Shown here one piece after another: positions 25,565-38,700 of a stretch of 64,000 bases of DNA. The notes below the pieces were generated by a model that searched no databases, had not been told where the DNA came from, and worked only from the letters and a program-made list of their open reading frames with translations. The stretch is from NCBI RefSeq assembly GCF_006345805.1, contig NC_043018.1, forward strand, positions 3,720,001 to 3,784,000, written 5' to 3'. A program made the translations under genes and the position numbers. Numbering within the stretch: the stretch's first letter is position 1; each line of letters begins with the position of its first letter. The stretch is from Octopus sinensis. Taxonomy: Eukaryota.

Positions 25565-25951
25565 TTCTATGCACAAGGCCCGAAATTTGGGGGAGGGCCA
25601 GTCGATTAGATCGACCCCAGTACACAACTAGTAGTTAATTTATCGACCCCGAAAGGATGAAAAGCAAAGTCGATATCGGCGGAATTTGAACTCAGAACGT
25701 AGCGGCAGGCGAAATACCCATTTCTTTACTACCCACAAGGAGCTAAACACAGAGGGGAAAAACAAGGACAGACAAACGGATTAAGTCAATTATATCGACC
25801 CCAGTGCGTAACTGGTACTTATTTAATCGACCCCGAAAGGACGAAAAGCAAAGTCGATCTTGGCGGAATTTGAACTCAGAACGAAACGGCAGACGAAATA
25901 CGGCTACGCATTTCGCCCGGTGTGCTAACGTTTCTGCCAGCTCGCCGCCTT
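25565..25951 (-). mobile_element. SINE family M (Meta-like central domain), dimeric form
   Basis: Head GGCGGCGAGCTGGCAGAA; body GACTTTGCCTTTCATCCTTTCGGGGTCGAT repeated twice. Confidence 0.85.
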
Positions 25952-25980
25952 AAAATTTCATCAATATTAAAGGCGCTGAC

Positions 25981-26380
25981 AAAGCAGTGAGCTGACAGAA
26001 TCGTTAGCACGCCGGGCGAAATGCGCAGCCGTATTTCGTCTGCCGTTACGTTCTGAGTTCAAATTCCGCCGAGATCGACTTTGCCTTTCATCCTTTCGGG
26101 GTCGATAAATTAAGTACCAGTTACGCACTGGGGTCTTTATAATCGACTTAATCCCTTTGTCTGTCCTTGTTTGTCCCTTGTGTATTTAGCCCCTTGTGGG
26201 TAATAAAGAAATAGGTATTTCGTCTGCAGCTACATTCTGAGTTTAAACTCCACCGTGGTTGACTTTGCCTTTCATCCTTTCGGGGGTCGATAAATTAAGT
26301 ACTAGATGCGTACTGGTGTCGATCGAATCGACTGACTCTCTCCCCCAAAATTTCGGGCATTATGCATAGGAGTAGAAAAG
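25981..26380 (+). mobile_element. SINE family M, dimeric form, head-to-head with 25565-25951
   Basis: Same architecture on the opposite strand, ~30-bp spacer. Confidence 0.85.
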
Positions 26381-27149
26381 AGAAAAATATATGTGTATGT
26401 GTGCGCGTGTGGACGTATATGTGTCTATATGTATATATATGTTTATATATATACAAATATGCATGCATGTGTATGTATATATGTATACACACAGACATTC
26501 ACTTGTGTGTGTGTGTGTGTGTGTGCTTGCCTTTATGTTTTAGTGTGTGAAAATCACGAACCAGTTTGTAATTATATGCCAAGGACTTATTAGAGTGTCA
26601 TATTTGCATCACTTGACTGCCTGAATGCACATACACACGCACACACACAGACACACACACACACACACATACACGTGTATGTATGTACCTCTACATAATA
26701 TATGCACATGCGCGCGTGCACACACATATATTCAACATTTCCAGCAGGCTTACGCACATTCTTCGTCTTGCGAATTCCAGTCACGAAGAAGCTCTATACA
26801 TTACACAAGCCGCTGATGCCATAGATCACGTCATACTTCCTACGTGTTATGTAATATGAATTTCTGCATCAGATGTCTGTAAGTAGACTCTCGTAAAAGA
26901 AAAAAGAAGAACTAGTGTCTTCTAGAATGGTCCTTTCGTAGTTGAAGAGTAACAGTATTAACTGTGCAAATTTATATAGTTGTTTGATATTTATGATAAA
27001 TTTTAGTTTACATTCTTATAGAATAACAACAATACTTCATTTATAACTTGGTTCAATAACACTATCTAGATCATTTCCAGATGTAGAGAATGCGTTATAT
27101 ATGCAAATCGGATGATCCGCTTTTCATAAACCCCTTTAAATCTTATCGA

Positions 27150-27530
27150 TTGATAAACACAGAGGGGACAAACAAAGTGATTAAGTCAATTACATCGACA
27201 CCAGTGCATAATCGGTACTTATTTAATCGACCCTGAAAGGATGAAAGGCAAAGTCGACCTCGGCGGAATTTGAACTCAGAACGTAACGGGAGACGAAATA
27301 CCTATTTCTTTATTACCCACAAGGGGATAAACACAAAGGGGACAAACAAGGACAGACATAGGTATTAAGTCGATTACATCGACCCCAGTGCGTAACTGGT
27401 ACTTAATTTATCGACCCCGAAAGGATGAAAGGCAAAGTCGACCTCGGCGGAATATGAACTCACAACGTAACGCAGACGAAATACCGTTAAGCATTTCGCC
27501 CAGTGTGCTAATGATTCTGCCAGCTCACCT
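27150..27530 (-). mobile_element. SINE family M, multimeric form
   Basis: Two body units joined by the same AAAGAAATAG-GTATTTCG junction. Confidence 0.85.
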
Positions 27531-27891
27531 ATAAGACGGGGCTCTTTCAGTTTCCGCCTACCAAAGCGACACTGACGAGGCTTTGGTCGGCCCGAAGATA
27601 TAGTTCAAGACTCTTGACTAAGGTGCCACGCATTGGCACTAAAACCGGAACGATGTGGTTGGGAAGCAAACTTCCTGCCACACAGCCGCACTTGCGCCTT
27701 CGGTGCTTTTAGCAGAGTTCATGAAATTGAAAATATCTGAACCAGGCCTCAAGGTAAACGATACCTTCTTCCCCCCCCCCACTTTCACTTGTCTCTGGAG
27801 CCCTGTAAATGGTCTTGGACACTGCTTTCCCTCGCAACTAAAAGATAAATTATGGCTATCGATATATAGAGATACATACATTTACTTCTAC

Positions 27892-27948
<57 letters not shown>

Positions 27949-27957
27949 CATACATAC

Positions 27958-28010
<53 letters not shown>

Positions 28011-28036
28011 TATATACAATATATATATATATAAAT

Positions 28037-28081
<45 letters not shown>

Positions 28082-28132
28082 TACATACATATATATAATA
28101 TATATATACACACACACACATCAATATTAGCA

Positions 28133-28440
28133 ATTGGGAAGCAGTTGCCAGCAACCGTGGTGATTGGCGACGTACCGAAAAAGAGGGAATACAAAGGAGT
28201 GACAGAGAGAGTGAGGAGAAATGGAAAGACAAGAAAAGACGTCAACAAGAAACTATGACATTACAACCAGCCAGGAACAGTCTTCGCTACATTTGCGGTA
28301 CCTGCCAGAGGGAGTGTTTGTCCAGGATAGGACTACACAGCCACAGCAGGAAATGTATCAGGACATGAAATGTAAAAGCCGGACTAGACTATTTTATGCG
28401 CAACTCCATTGTCTCCCGAGACAAAAAGGATGCCAACAAT
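28133..28440 (+). mobile_element. RTE-clade LINE 3' end
   Basis: Open frame NWEAVASNRGDWR...YICGTCQRECLSRIGLHSHSRKC, stop at 28366-28368, then short 3' UTR CCATTGTCTCCCGAGACAAAAGGATGCCAACAA. Confidence 0.85.
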
Positions 28441-28454
28441 ACAGACACACACAC

Positions 28455-28511
<57 letters not shown>

Positions 28512-29234
28512 ATGCTTGTCGCCACTTCATCATGGCTGTTCCGTACAAACGGACATTACTGCAATGTTTTAAGTTCAAGAGTGCATTTCCACTAGCTGGT
28601 TAACGATGCAACTTGCATACGATATATTGCAAGCAGGAGAACGAACCCCTACCACCTTCTAGCGACAGGGCTAACAGACTGGCCTGGTTTCGGGCGATAT
28701 CTACCCATCCTCAGTGCTGGACACCTTGTCTGCTTGATTTTCTATATGTAGAGAAGTGGATAGAACTACTGCCATCTCTAGCAGACATACAATCACATAA
28801 AAACACGCGCAAACAAAATTGCAGATATTAATACATTTTCTTTTTATATTTGCTTTCTCATATTTCCGTTTAGCTAAGCGAGAGTAAAGAGAAAATAGTA
28901 AGAGAGAGACAAACAGAAAGTGGAGGGAGGAGGAAATGAAAAAAAAAAACAAAACAAACTCTTTGCTAATGGAGACCTCTCTGACCCGTCTTCTATCAAC
29001 GTTGTTATGGACTAATGTTCGGATGTGTCCCCCACACCGTTCCTTCTGAACACCAAGTTCACCTTCAAGAGCGGATACGCCTTTGCAGTCGACACCACTC
29101 GTTTCTCCTCTCCCCAATCTTCGCGCACAGAAGCCGTCAACATAGCCGAAAACGGTAAACATAAATGTGGTTAAGTGTGTGTGCGTGTGTTTGTGTGTGT
29201 GTGTTTGTGTGTTTGCGTTTGTGTGTGTATGTGT

Positions 29235-29284
<50 letters not shown>

Positions 29285-30417
29285 TTGTGAGTGTGTAAAC
29301 TGTGAGAGAAACAGTAGTCAGTGTATGTCGCTGACTGGGTAAGGTGGAGAGTTGGCAGAACCTGTAGCACACCGGACGAATTGCCGCTAAGCATTTCGTC
29401 CGTCTACACATTCTGGTTTCAAATGCCGCCGGGGGACGAGTTTGCCTTTTGTCCTTTCGGGATAGATAAAATAAGTAGCAGTCATGTACTGGGGTTCGAT
29501 TCAATCGACTTAGCCCCTCCCCCAAGATTGTTGGCTTTGTGCCAAAATTTGAAACCAGTTTATGTAGCCGAGTGTATAAAACTTTCGAAGCTGATTGGTT
29601 CACTTTGTTGTAGTTAAGTGTTTCACGTCCTATGTACCCCACTGGGTCTTTTTTTTCCTCTCTCGAGCCCTAGAACTCATAAGGCTTTCCACAGAGTATC
29701 AGTGACCCGGATCACAACATTCCCCTGAACAGGACACTGGTCCGTTGCAGGATTCAAGGCCTACAATTTTGAGGGGAGGGGACAGATCGATTACAACAAC
29801 ACTAGTATTTAACTGGTACTCTATTTCATCGATTCCGAAGAGATAGAAGGCAAGGTCGATCACGGCGGGATTTGAACTCAGAATGCAAAGAGCCGGAACA
29901 AATGCTGCTAAGTATTCTGTCCGGGGCGCTAAGGATTCTGCCAGCTCCTTGTCTTGATGTGTCATTTAAATGGAGGTAAACAATGAAAGCTGAACTTATA
30001 TCAAATTCGATGACAGGGTGTAGAGGGTCGCTTTGCAGTAATGGTCATCGCAGTCGGACGGTATCTGCCTTTCATTCCTTCGGGATTGATGAAGTGGTCA
30101 CCCCACAGTGTCAAATTAATGGCGGAACTTTAGACAGTTCAGCGGTGCTACACCAGGAAGATTTCATCAATGAAACAGCTGAGCTTCTGGAAGAGACTAA
30201 AAAGGGCGAAGACGAGAGAGATATACAGTAACATACGTGTGGAATATTCAAGACGGAGTTGGCACACAAATGCTGGAGACGATGTAATTGAATTCTCCCC
30301 ATTCTTCGTCTTCTCCTTCCTGGTGTCTTGTTTGGGAAGATATTGTGATCTCGGTGATACGCCATGGGAAGCGAATATCTTGTTTGAGGGCTTCTACGGC
30401 TCAAGAAAAAAATTACT

Positions 30418-30838
30418 ATACTCTTTACTCTTTTTTACTCTCTTACTTGTTTCAGTCATTTGACTGCGACCATGCTGGAGCATCGCCTTTAGTCGAGCAA
30501 ATCGACCCCGGAACTTATTCTTTGTAAGCCCAGTACTTATTCTATCGGTCTCTTTTGCCGAATCGCTAAGTGACAGAGACGTAAACACACCAGCATCGGT
30601 TGTCAAGCGATGGTAGGGGACAAACACAGACACACAAATACACACACGCATATATATATATATATACATATATACGACAGGCTTCTTTCAGTTTCCGTCT
30701 ACCAAATCCACTCACAAGGCATTGGTCGGCCCGGGGCTATAGCAGAAGACACTTGCCCAATATGCCACGCAGTGGGACTGAACCCGGAACCATGTGGCTG
30801 GTAAACAAGCTACTTACCACACAGCCACTCCTGCGCCT
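30418..30838 (-). mobile_element. CORE-type SINE (family C), full length, young subfamily
   Basis: Near-identical to 33502-33893, 54568-54966 and 60229-60637. Confidence 0.9.
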
Positions 30839-31129
30839 ATGGTGCTGTTGTTTTTGTTTGGGTCTCGTTACTTAGTTCTCTAATCAAATGTAACCAGCCA
30901 TTATTATTCCGTTCCGTTTTCTTCCTTCTCAGATATAGTGTATCTAGTGATAGAGTGATATGCCATTATTTTTCTTCTTTTTTTTCTTTCCATTAGTTGC
31001 AGATGTTATGAGATTCTTCACATCGTAAATCGGGCCACACAACTAACAGAACAATTTAATAAACATTGTATTTTGTAGATTTTCATTGGTTGGCAATTCG
31101 GGGAGGCTTCCGCCTCTGTCAAACAGTGA

Positions 31130-31132
31130 CCG

Positions 31133-31193
<61 letters not shown>

Positions 31194-31274
31194 ACACACA
31201 CACACATACACATACACACACATACACACGCACACACACAAACACACACACACACATACACACACACGCACACT

Positions 31275-31307
<33 letters not shown>

Positions 31308-31362
31308 ACACACACACACTCACACACACACACTCACACACACACACACACATACACACACT

Positions 31363-31399
<37 letters not shown>

Positions 31400-31410
31400 T
31401 CACACACACT
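31130..31410. repeat. Long imperfect (CA)n
   Basis: Directly visible. Confidence 0.95.
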
Positions 31411-31428
31411 CACAGTGATAGGGGCTGC

Positions 31429-31478
<50 letters not shown>

Positions 31479-31879
31479 AAGAGAGAGCATGTGTGTATGT
31501 GAGTGTGAGAGAAAGAAGGCGTGTGTGTGAGAGAGAGAAAGTGTGTGTATGAGAGATAGAGATAGAGAGAGACAAAGACGGGGGAGGAGTGGAGAAAGAG
31601 AAAATTGTTCAATTCGCAGAATTTGACCTAAAAGTGATGTTACAAAATATTAGTAAAAGGTTATTTATGTATTTAATTGCGTTTAATGATTTTGTGGGAA
31701 GAGGAATATCCGTTACCATGGATCACCTCTTCCCACCCCCACCCCAACACACACACATACCAGTCTTTTACTGAAACTTTATATAATCAATCCCGAAGAG
31801 ATAAACGTCAAAGTTGACCCCCACCCCAGATCATTACAAGTCCTCCTCCATATTTAACAGCTGGAATAAGGCAGTCTGG

Positions 31880-32591
31880 ATCAAATAATTCTTTTGGTTG
31901 TCTCCACACGTATACTCGGCCGGTGGTCGGAAATAAGGTAAAGGATGACTCGTCTGAGAAAATAACATTCTTCCACTGCTCTAGGAACGAATTCTGTAGG
32001 TTTTTACTCCACTCTAAACGCTTTGCAACATTTGTTTTTGAAAGTAGTTGTTTTCCAATTGCAGCCCTCCCGTGAAATCCGGCTTTGTGCGGCTCACAGT
32101 TTTTGTTAAAACTGGGTTTTCGAAGTGATCGTTAAGTTCTGCAGTAATTTGGGGGGCTGTACGTTTGTGATCCTTTCTAAAAATTCGCGTAAGATTCCGG
32201 CGGTCCCTATCTGAAAGTTTTGGTTTTCTTTCGGAGTTTTGTTTCGACGAGGAGTTTTTCCCCTCTTTCTCAAAGGTTATCATTACTTTCGAGACAGTAC
32301 TTCTTGATACACCAAAACATTTCGGCTGTTTTCGTTATGCTAGCGACTGCCATACGAGCACCAGCAATTCGACCTCTTTGAAAGTTCGATAGATCTGTCA
32401 TTTTAATGAATTTTAATTACATCTTTCTGATGATATCTGAAAAGAAAAAGTAACTTTAGCAAAACATATTAAGCAACACTAATAATAATAAAAAAACTTT
32501 AAAATAAACAAGCGTTTGACGGATATATAGATATTACAAAATTATGACGCTGTGATGCTAGGTGTTTACATTATTTTGTCCAAACCCTGTG
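31880..32591 (-). mobile_element. Tc1-family transposon, 5' half
   Basis: TIR-like CAGGGTTTGGACAAAATAAT at the right end; KPKLSDRDRRNLTRI...TAPQITAELN; QWKNVIFSDESSFTLFPTTGRVYVWRQPKE (first catalytic D). Confidence 0.85.
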
Positions 32592-32741
32592 TATGTGTGT
32601 ATATTTAACATTATAATCGATTTTGATATAGTCATAATCGTTAAGTTTTAAGTTTCTAGTTTGATAATAGAGTTTATTATAAGTAAAATTATCATCTTAA
32701 AAATATTGTTTAAATATTTCTGATTATTTTAAAAATATTTC

Positions 32742-32840
32742 AACTAACCTGAAGATTGACTGTAACCATAATTCGAATTATTAATTGAATTTAAATTATT
32801 GTTATTCGAATTGGTACAGCCATGAAACGATCGTAGTGTT
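32742..32840 (+). ncRNA. Type I hammerhead motif with long stem II
   Basis: CTGAAGA (32749-32755); imperfect stem II TGACTGTAACC...ATTCGAAT / ATTCGAATTGGTACAGCCA; GAAAC-GATC-GTA (palindromic stem III ACGATCGT); weak stem I AAC(TA)AC/GTGTT. Confidence 0.6.
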
Positions 32841-33074
32841 TTACTTTTTATCTTTTATTAAACTTTTAATACTTTTGATATTTATATAATAATAAAAAAA
32901 TTAATTAATTAATAAATAAATAAATTAATAAATAAAATAATATATAAATATAAAAATATACATACATACACATACATATATATATATATATATTTGTATA
33001 TATATATTTAAAATTTATAAGTTTAAATTATTTAAATAATTTTTTAAATTTTAACTTTTATATTTTTAAATTAA

Positions 33075-33149
33075 TTTTATGTATGGCTTATGTTTTTGTT
33101 TTTTCACTCTTGATTTGCCTAATAGTGGTTTTATCTCTAATTTAATATA

Positions 33150-33155
<6 letters not shown>
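33075..33155. repeat. Single diverged arm of the 686-946 foldback family
   Basis: TGATTTGCCTAATAGTGGTTTTATCTCTAATTTAATATAATATAAT identical to 906-951. Confidence 0.85.
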
Positions 33156-33243
<88 letters not shown>

Positions 33244-33501
33244 TAAAGGGAAAAGATTCCCTTCGGTCATAAGTGACCATGGGATTGCTCTCAGAAAGTT
33301 TCCCTTTGAAGCACATGTCCGGGCATGATTGTTTGTAGAAGACCAGCAGTCGCCCATGCATACCAACGTCCTCTCTCCACGCAACTAATGTTGTCCAAGG
33401 GAAAGGCAAGGGCAAACGCCGATACAGTGTGGCACCAGTGACGTCGCAACTCATTTCTACAGCTGAGTGAACTGGAACAATATATATATATATATATATA
33501 T

Positions 33502-33893
33502 ACTCTTTTCTCTTTTTACTCTTTTACTTGTTTCAGTCATTTGACTGCGGCCATGCTGGAGCACCGCCTTTATTCTTTGTAAGTCCAGTACTTGTTCTAT
33601 CGGTCTCTTTTGCCGAACCGCTAAGTGACGGGGACGTAAACACACCAGCATCGGTTGTCAAGCAATGCTAGGGGGACAAACACAGACACACAAACACACA
33701 CACACATACATATATATATACATATATACGACGGGACTTCTTTCAGTTTCCGTCTACCAAATCCACTCACAAGGCATTGGTCGGCCCGGGGCTATAGCAG
33801 AAGACACTTGCCCAAGATGCCACGCAGTGGAACTGAACCCGGAACCATGTTGTTGGTTAGCAAGCTACTTACCACACAGCCACTCCTGCGCCT
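33502..33893 (-). mobile_element. CORE-type SINE (family C), full length, young subfamily
   Basis: tRNA-like head, CORE-like TGGCATCTTGGGCAAGTGTCTTC, internal TA/TG tract, tail ending GTAAAAGAG. Confidence 0.9.
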
Positions 33894-34519
33894 ATATATA
33901 TATATATATTTAACACATTGTTTAATAGTTTACCGTTCCTGGATTCTACTTCTAAGCCTCAGAGTCATTCTAGACTTAAACTGATAACGGATTTCACAGC
34001 CATGTTCTATTTATCCTTACTTTCCCTCCTATCCTTTTCACTCAGCACAAATGTCCTCTACCTAAAATATAAGATTATCAAACCCATCATACTTGGGTCC
34101 GCTTCAAACTCAACTAGTGGCAACACCCTAAATAAAGCTGCGTGGATACGTTTTAGCCAAGAGGAAATCTGAACACAGCCAAACCAACAGGAGGCGAGTG
34201 GACACCAAATAACAAGCTATCAATGCGGCAGAAACATATGTCGGACGGAGGTTTAAAAAGAATTGACTACATAAAGACTGTAATGATAATAATAATAAAA
34301 CTGTGTTGATGTTTAATTCTCCTTATTTATTCTAATGTCTTGAATATACACTCAGCAAACGAAGCGAACTCAGGATTTACCAATCGGGGTGAAATACAAT
34401 TTGATTGTCTTAAATCATCATCTCCAGTTATTCCATATCATTCGAAGTGGTTAGCCAGAATCTGGGTTAGATTAAGGTGCTTGAACAGTACCCACCTAGA
34501 TATATTAACCCTACCCATT

Positions 34520-34566
<47 letters not shown>

Positions 34567-34572
34567 TATATC

Positions 34573-34694
34573 GGCCTGTTCGCTTAGCCAGCAGGGTGGC
34601 GTCATTTGAAGGCTAAAACAATGCGAAGCGCATTGTGACCAGCGATGTGTAGCAACATCTGATAGCCTGGTCGGTGACGGTGATCACGGTGATA
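34573..34694 (+). mobile_element. Tail Y of SINE family B (isolated)
   Basis: Reverse complement of the tails at 34995-35070 and 40138-40260. Confidence 0.8.
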
Positions 34695-34703
34695 TATATA
34701 TAT

Positions 34704-34740
<37 letters not shown>

Positions 34741-34957
34741 GGATATATATACACACACACATACATATACATATGTGGAAAGAAAGAGAGAGAGATACAT
34801 AGGCGCGTGGCTGAGTAGTAAGAAGTTTGCTTCCCAACCACATAGTTCCTAGTTCAGTCTCATAAGCGTGGCGCCTTGGACAAGTGTCTTCTACGTTAGA
34901 CTCGGGCCGACCAAAGCCCTGTGGGTGGATTTGATAGACGGAAACAGAAAGAGGTCC

Positions 34958-34994
<37 letters not shown>

Positions 34995-34999
<5 letters not shown>

Positions 35000-35263
35000 T
35001 GTGATCGACCAGGCTATAAGATGTTGCTACACATCGCTGGTTACAAGTGACGTCTGCTAAACGAGCAGGCCACAGAAGAAAGAGTGAGAGAAAGTTGTGG
35101 CGAAAGAGTACAGCAGGGATCACCCCCCCCCCTGCCGGAGGCTCGTGGAGCTTTTAGGTTGTTTTCGCTCAATAAACACTCACAACGCCCTGTCTGGGAA
35201 TCGAAACCGTGATCCTACAACCGCGAGTCCGCTGCCTTAATCACTGGGCCATTGCGCCTCCAC
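34995..35263 (-). mobile_element. tRNA(Arg)-like SINE, head B with tail Y
   Basis: Head GTGGAGGCGCAATGGCCCAGTG...GGACTCGCGG...TTCGATTCCCAG. Confidence 0.88.
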
Positions 35264-35280
35264 ATATATATATATATATA

Positions 35281-35330
<50 letters not shown>

Positions 35331-36404
35331 CGCGCGCGTGCGTGTGTGTGTGTGCGTGTGTGTGTGTGCGTGTGAGTGTGTGCGTGCGTAGGGGTGTTTT
35401 TGTTTGTCCCCATCACCGCTAGACAATCGGCGTTGATGTATTTACCACCGGTAACATAGCGGTTTGTCAAAAGAAACCGATATAATAAGTACCAGGCTTG
35501 AAAAATACGCACTAGGATCGATTCGTTCGACTAAAATTTCTCAAGGCGGTGCTCCAGCATGGTCGCAGTTTAATGATTGAAACAAGTAAAAGAAATTTTT
35601 TTTAAATGTCTTAGCGTTTACCGACTCAAAAACCCGGGGCACATGTTGAGCGGATCATACGCGATACTGAGTTAGAAAACGTCTGAACTAGAGAAGTTAT
35701 GCAGACTGCTCACACGCAGACACACACACAGACACACACGTATAAACACTCACTCATATACACTGCAAATGTATGCACAACGCCGGTTACGTGATATTTG
35801 TCTGATAAAAGAGAAACAGTCGATTATATAAGTCCATATTTCATTGTAGATTAATTGTGAATACTCATAGAACATCTATTACGGAACAAAGGATTTGATT
35901 TTGATTTTTAGTTTCTTTGCCGTGTCAAAAGCTGGGTTAACTTAGTTTGATGTCGGTGTCAAAAGCTGGGTTAACTTAGTTTGTTTTCATTCTTGGCAAT
36001 CGATAAGACATAACGGAAACATTACTGAGTCAATATGCGAGGAATGTTGCACTAGATTAACGAATGACTGTGGAACAAAAGCAGTATTTGTCTAAAATAG
36101 GAATTTGTGTAACATACTCAAAACAGGTGCGTCATTGAAAGCCTAATTAACTGCGGCATTTGTGCTCAGACGGCATCTCATGAAGATGTAGGGTATTAAA
36201 AAACACAGAAATATATCAGTAGTAGACGAAATCGTCCAGCAGCGTCGGTGGCATAAATAAAGGAGCATTTCTACCTCGTTCAGCTTCGTCAGTAGCAAGT
36301 ATCCAATATCAACCCCATACTAAGGTAAAACTCTCCGTTTCTGACCACAAAGCTCTAAATATATAATATAAAACATGTCGAACACAAGAGCGTTTTTACA
36401 TACC

Positions 36405-36790
36405 TTCTTTTACCTGTTTCAGTTATTTGGGACACTGCCTTGAAGGGTTTTAGTCGAACAAATCAACCCGAATATTATTTTAAAGTCCGGCACTTGTTTT
36501 TAGGTCCTTTGCCGAACCGCTAATTTACGGGGACGTAAACACACCAATAACGGTTGTCAAGCGGTGAGAGGCAAACACAGAGACAACGACACACACACAC
36601 ACATATATATATTTGTAAATATACATGCTACGGGCTTCTTTCAGTTTCCGTCATCCAAATCCAATCACAAGGCTTTATTCGGCTCGAGGTTATAGAAGAA
36701 AGCACTTGCCCAAGATTCAGCGCAGAGGGACTGAACCCGGGACTGTGTTGTTACGAAGCAAACTTCTTACCACACAGCCATGCCTGCGCC
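36405..36790 (-). mobile_element. CORE-type SINE (family C), older copy
   Basis: Diverged match to family C over its full length. Confidence 0.8.
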
Positions 36791-37227
36791 TAAGTAAACA
36801 AACCAACACAATAGACATATATACGCGTAAATGTATATTTATGTTGGTATGTATAAAATTTATTCACGCGACCCGAGGCTGTTGTAATAGACATCTGTCC
36901 AAATGCTGCGCAGGGGACCTGAACCCGAAACTACGTGGGTTTTAAAAAGCTTCTTAACAACGTTTATGAATATAAGAACTAATATAGTTTTTAAAGATCA
37001 GATCAAGAGCGGAAAGAGCAGCGATTTAGCAGTCCTTGTGCCTCACTGACGTTTTCGGCGAATTCAGGTTTAAAGTTCTACGAAAAGACGTGTAGAGCTC
37101 CATAGTTTATCGCTTGGTGAATACTGTAGAAATTTAAGTCTTGTGTGTGTGTGTGTGTACGACAAATGGAAAAAAAACAGAACAAATATACGTGGGATAA
37201 GTTTTCACAAATGATTTTATTAATTTA

Positions 37228-37623
37228 CTAGCAGTATCGCCCGGCGTTGCTCGGGTTTGTAAGGGAAATAACTATATAAGCATTTTTAGAGATGTAAAGT
37301 ATAATAGTCATCTCAATATGGCTAACCACAGAGGGGGTGGGTGTTACTGTAGCTTTTTTACGTTCTGAGATTTAATAATAAATTTTTAGAGAGTTACTTC
37401 CCTTATATATGCCAAAAATGGATTCAAAATGGGAAAAATTGATGGTAAATTTTTTTTTAAATCGTAGACTCATCGTAGACGCGCGCTAATACCCAGAAGG
37501 GCTCGATATGAATCACGACTATAAGATACCCGGTTTTGGTTAAACTGCACCGCAAAATGTCGGAGTAGTTAGGAATCTAAATCGTAGAAGACAGACACAC
37601 AACTTCACTTTTATATATAAAGA
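37228..37623 (-). mobile_element. Non-autonomous Helitron, second copy
   Basis: Reverse complement of 11647-12040; same A/TC 5' end, hairpin and CTAG/T 3' end. Confidence 0.88.
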
Positions 37624-38169
37624 TTAGTTTCACGCTTGAAATGAAGTAGAAAGAAAAAGAGAGAAGGGTGGTGCAAAGAAAAAATAACCTCGACGAAATT
37701 CGATCTTTTAAAAATTTTGATTCGTTTTTAATGGACCTCGGCTCGATTTCACATTATTTCTCTTATCAACTCTTCATCTTTGCTAGAGAAAGAAAACCTC
37801 GTCATTTTATGTTTGTCATTTTTATTTTACTTTATTTTATTACCTTTCCATACTCTCTCATTCAATCGGTTGCTTAACTCCATAAAATACGGACAGAATT
37901 CATTCCTGCAGTTGGTGATCTATTTTTTTTTTATCCCCCACTCCAAGAGGGAGTGGGGAATGAAACCGACACTCACAGGATTAACCAGCACTCACAGAAC
38001 CTAAGCTATTTCATTAATCCTGAATCAACTTGCTTCAAAGGTAAAGATCTTTTTTTTTCCTCAACCCTATAAGTCAAGTTCTTCTCTCGCCACCAATACG
38101 AGTCTTAAGCTACTCAACACGAGTACCAATCTATCTGTCTCTTCAACACGAGAGGTTTACTGCCTCTAC

Positions 38170-38700
38170 AACCCTTTTCGTCACGCATGATCACTTTTGT
38201 AACCTTGTAGATAATTGACAAAATCGAGAGGCGTCGCAGGCTTCCCCTTTGCAGCTCGAGTCAGTGGAGCTAGACCGAGGAGGCGGTAAAAGGCCTGACA
38301 GTATGACAATATTCCCGTTCAGTAGCACTAGGCCCCTTATCTGGGATATCACATGCTATACCTTTTCCAGCGGCAAATTGGTGTGGTCAGCCACCAGCCC
38401 TGGCTCCGTTGCTCGTCAAGCTGAGAAAAGCAAACTGTCATGGTATCAGTCTCTCTCCGACAAGTTTAAGTCCGCACCTGTAGTAGTGGAGACCTCCGGC
38501 ATCCTGGACCATATGCCTGTTCACTGGAATATCCGCAAGTGGGAGCCCTGTGAGTCAGAGCAGCTGTTCCAGTGCATCTCGCCACCCCCCGGGCAACGCC
38601 TTTCCCATTTTGTCAGCTGGGGCCATGATGCAGTCTCATTTACCGGTAATTGTACTTCTGTCTCTTAAATGCTTAGATGCCTGCTGTAATTTTGTGGTGC
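38170..38700 (+). mobile_element. CRE-like non-LTR retrotransposon 3' fragment (restriction-like endonuclease)
   Basis: LESVELDRGGGKRPDSMTIFPFSSTRPLIWDITC...GSVARQAEKSKLSWYQSL...VVETSG matches the RPDG...WD...E..K..KY...VET.G pattern of CRE-clade RLE domains. Confidence 0.75.

Noticed and set aside
28701-29642. 313-aa minus-strand ORF
   Set aside because: Runs through a SINE, a (CA)n tract and a T-rich stretch; no domain recognised
35921-35983. 28-bp direct repeat GTGTCAAAAGCTGGGTTAACTTAGTTTG x2
   Set aside because: Simple short slippage duplication
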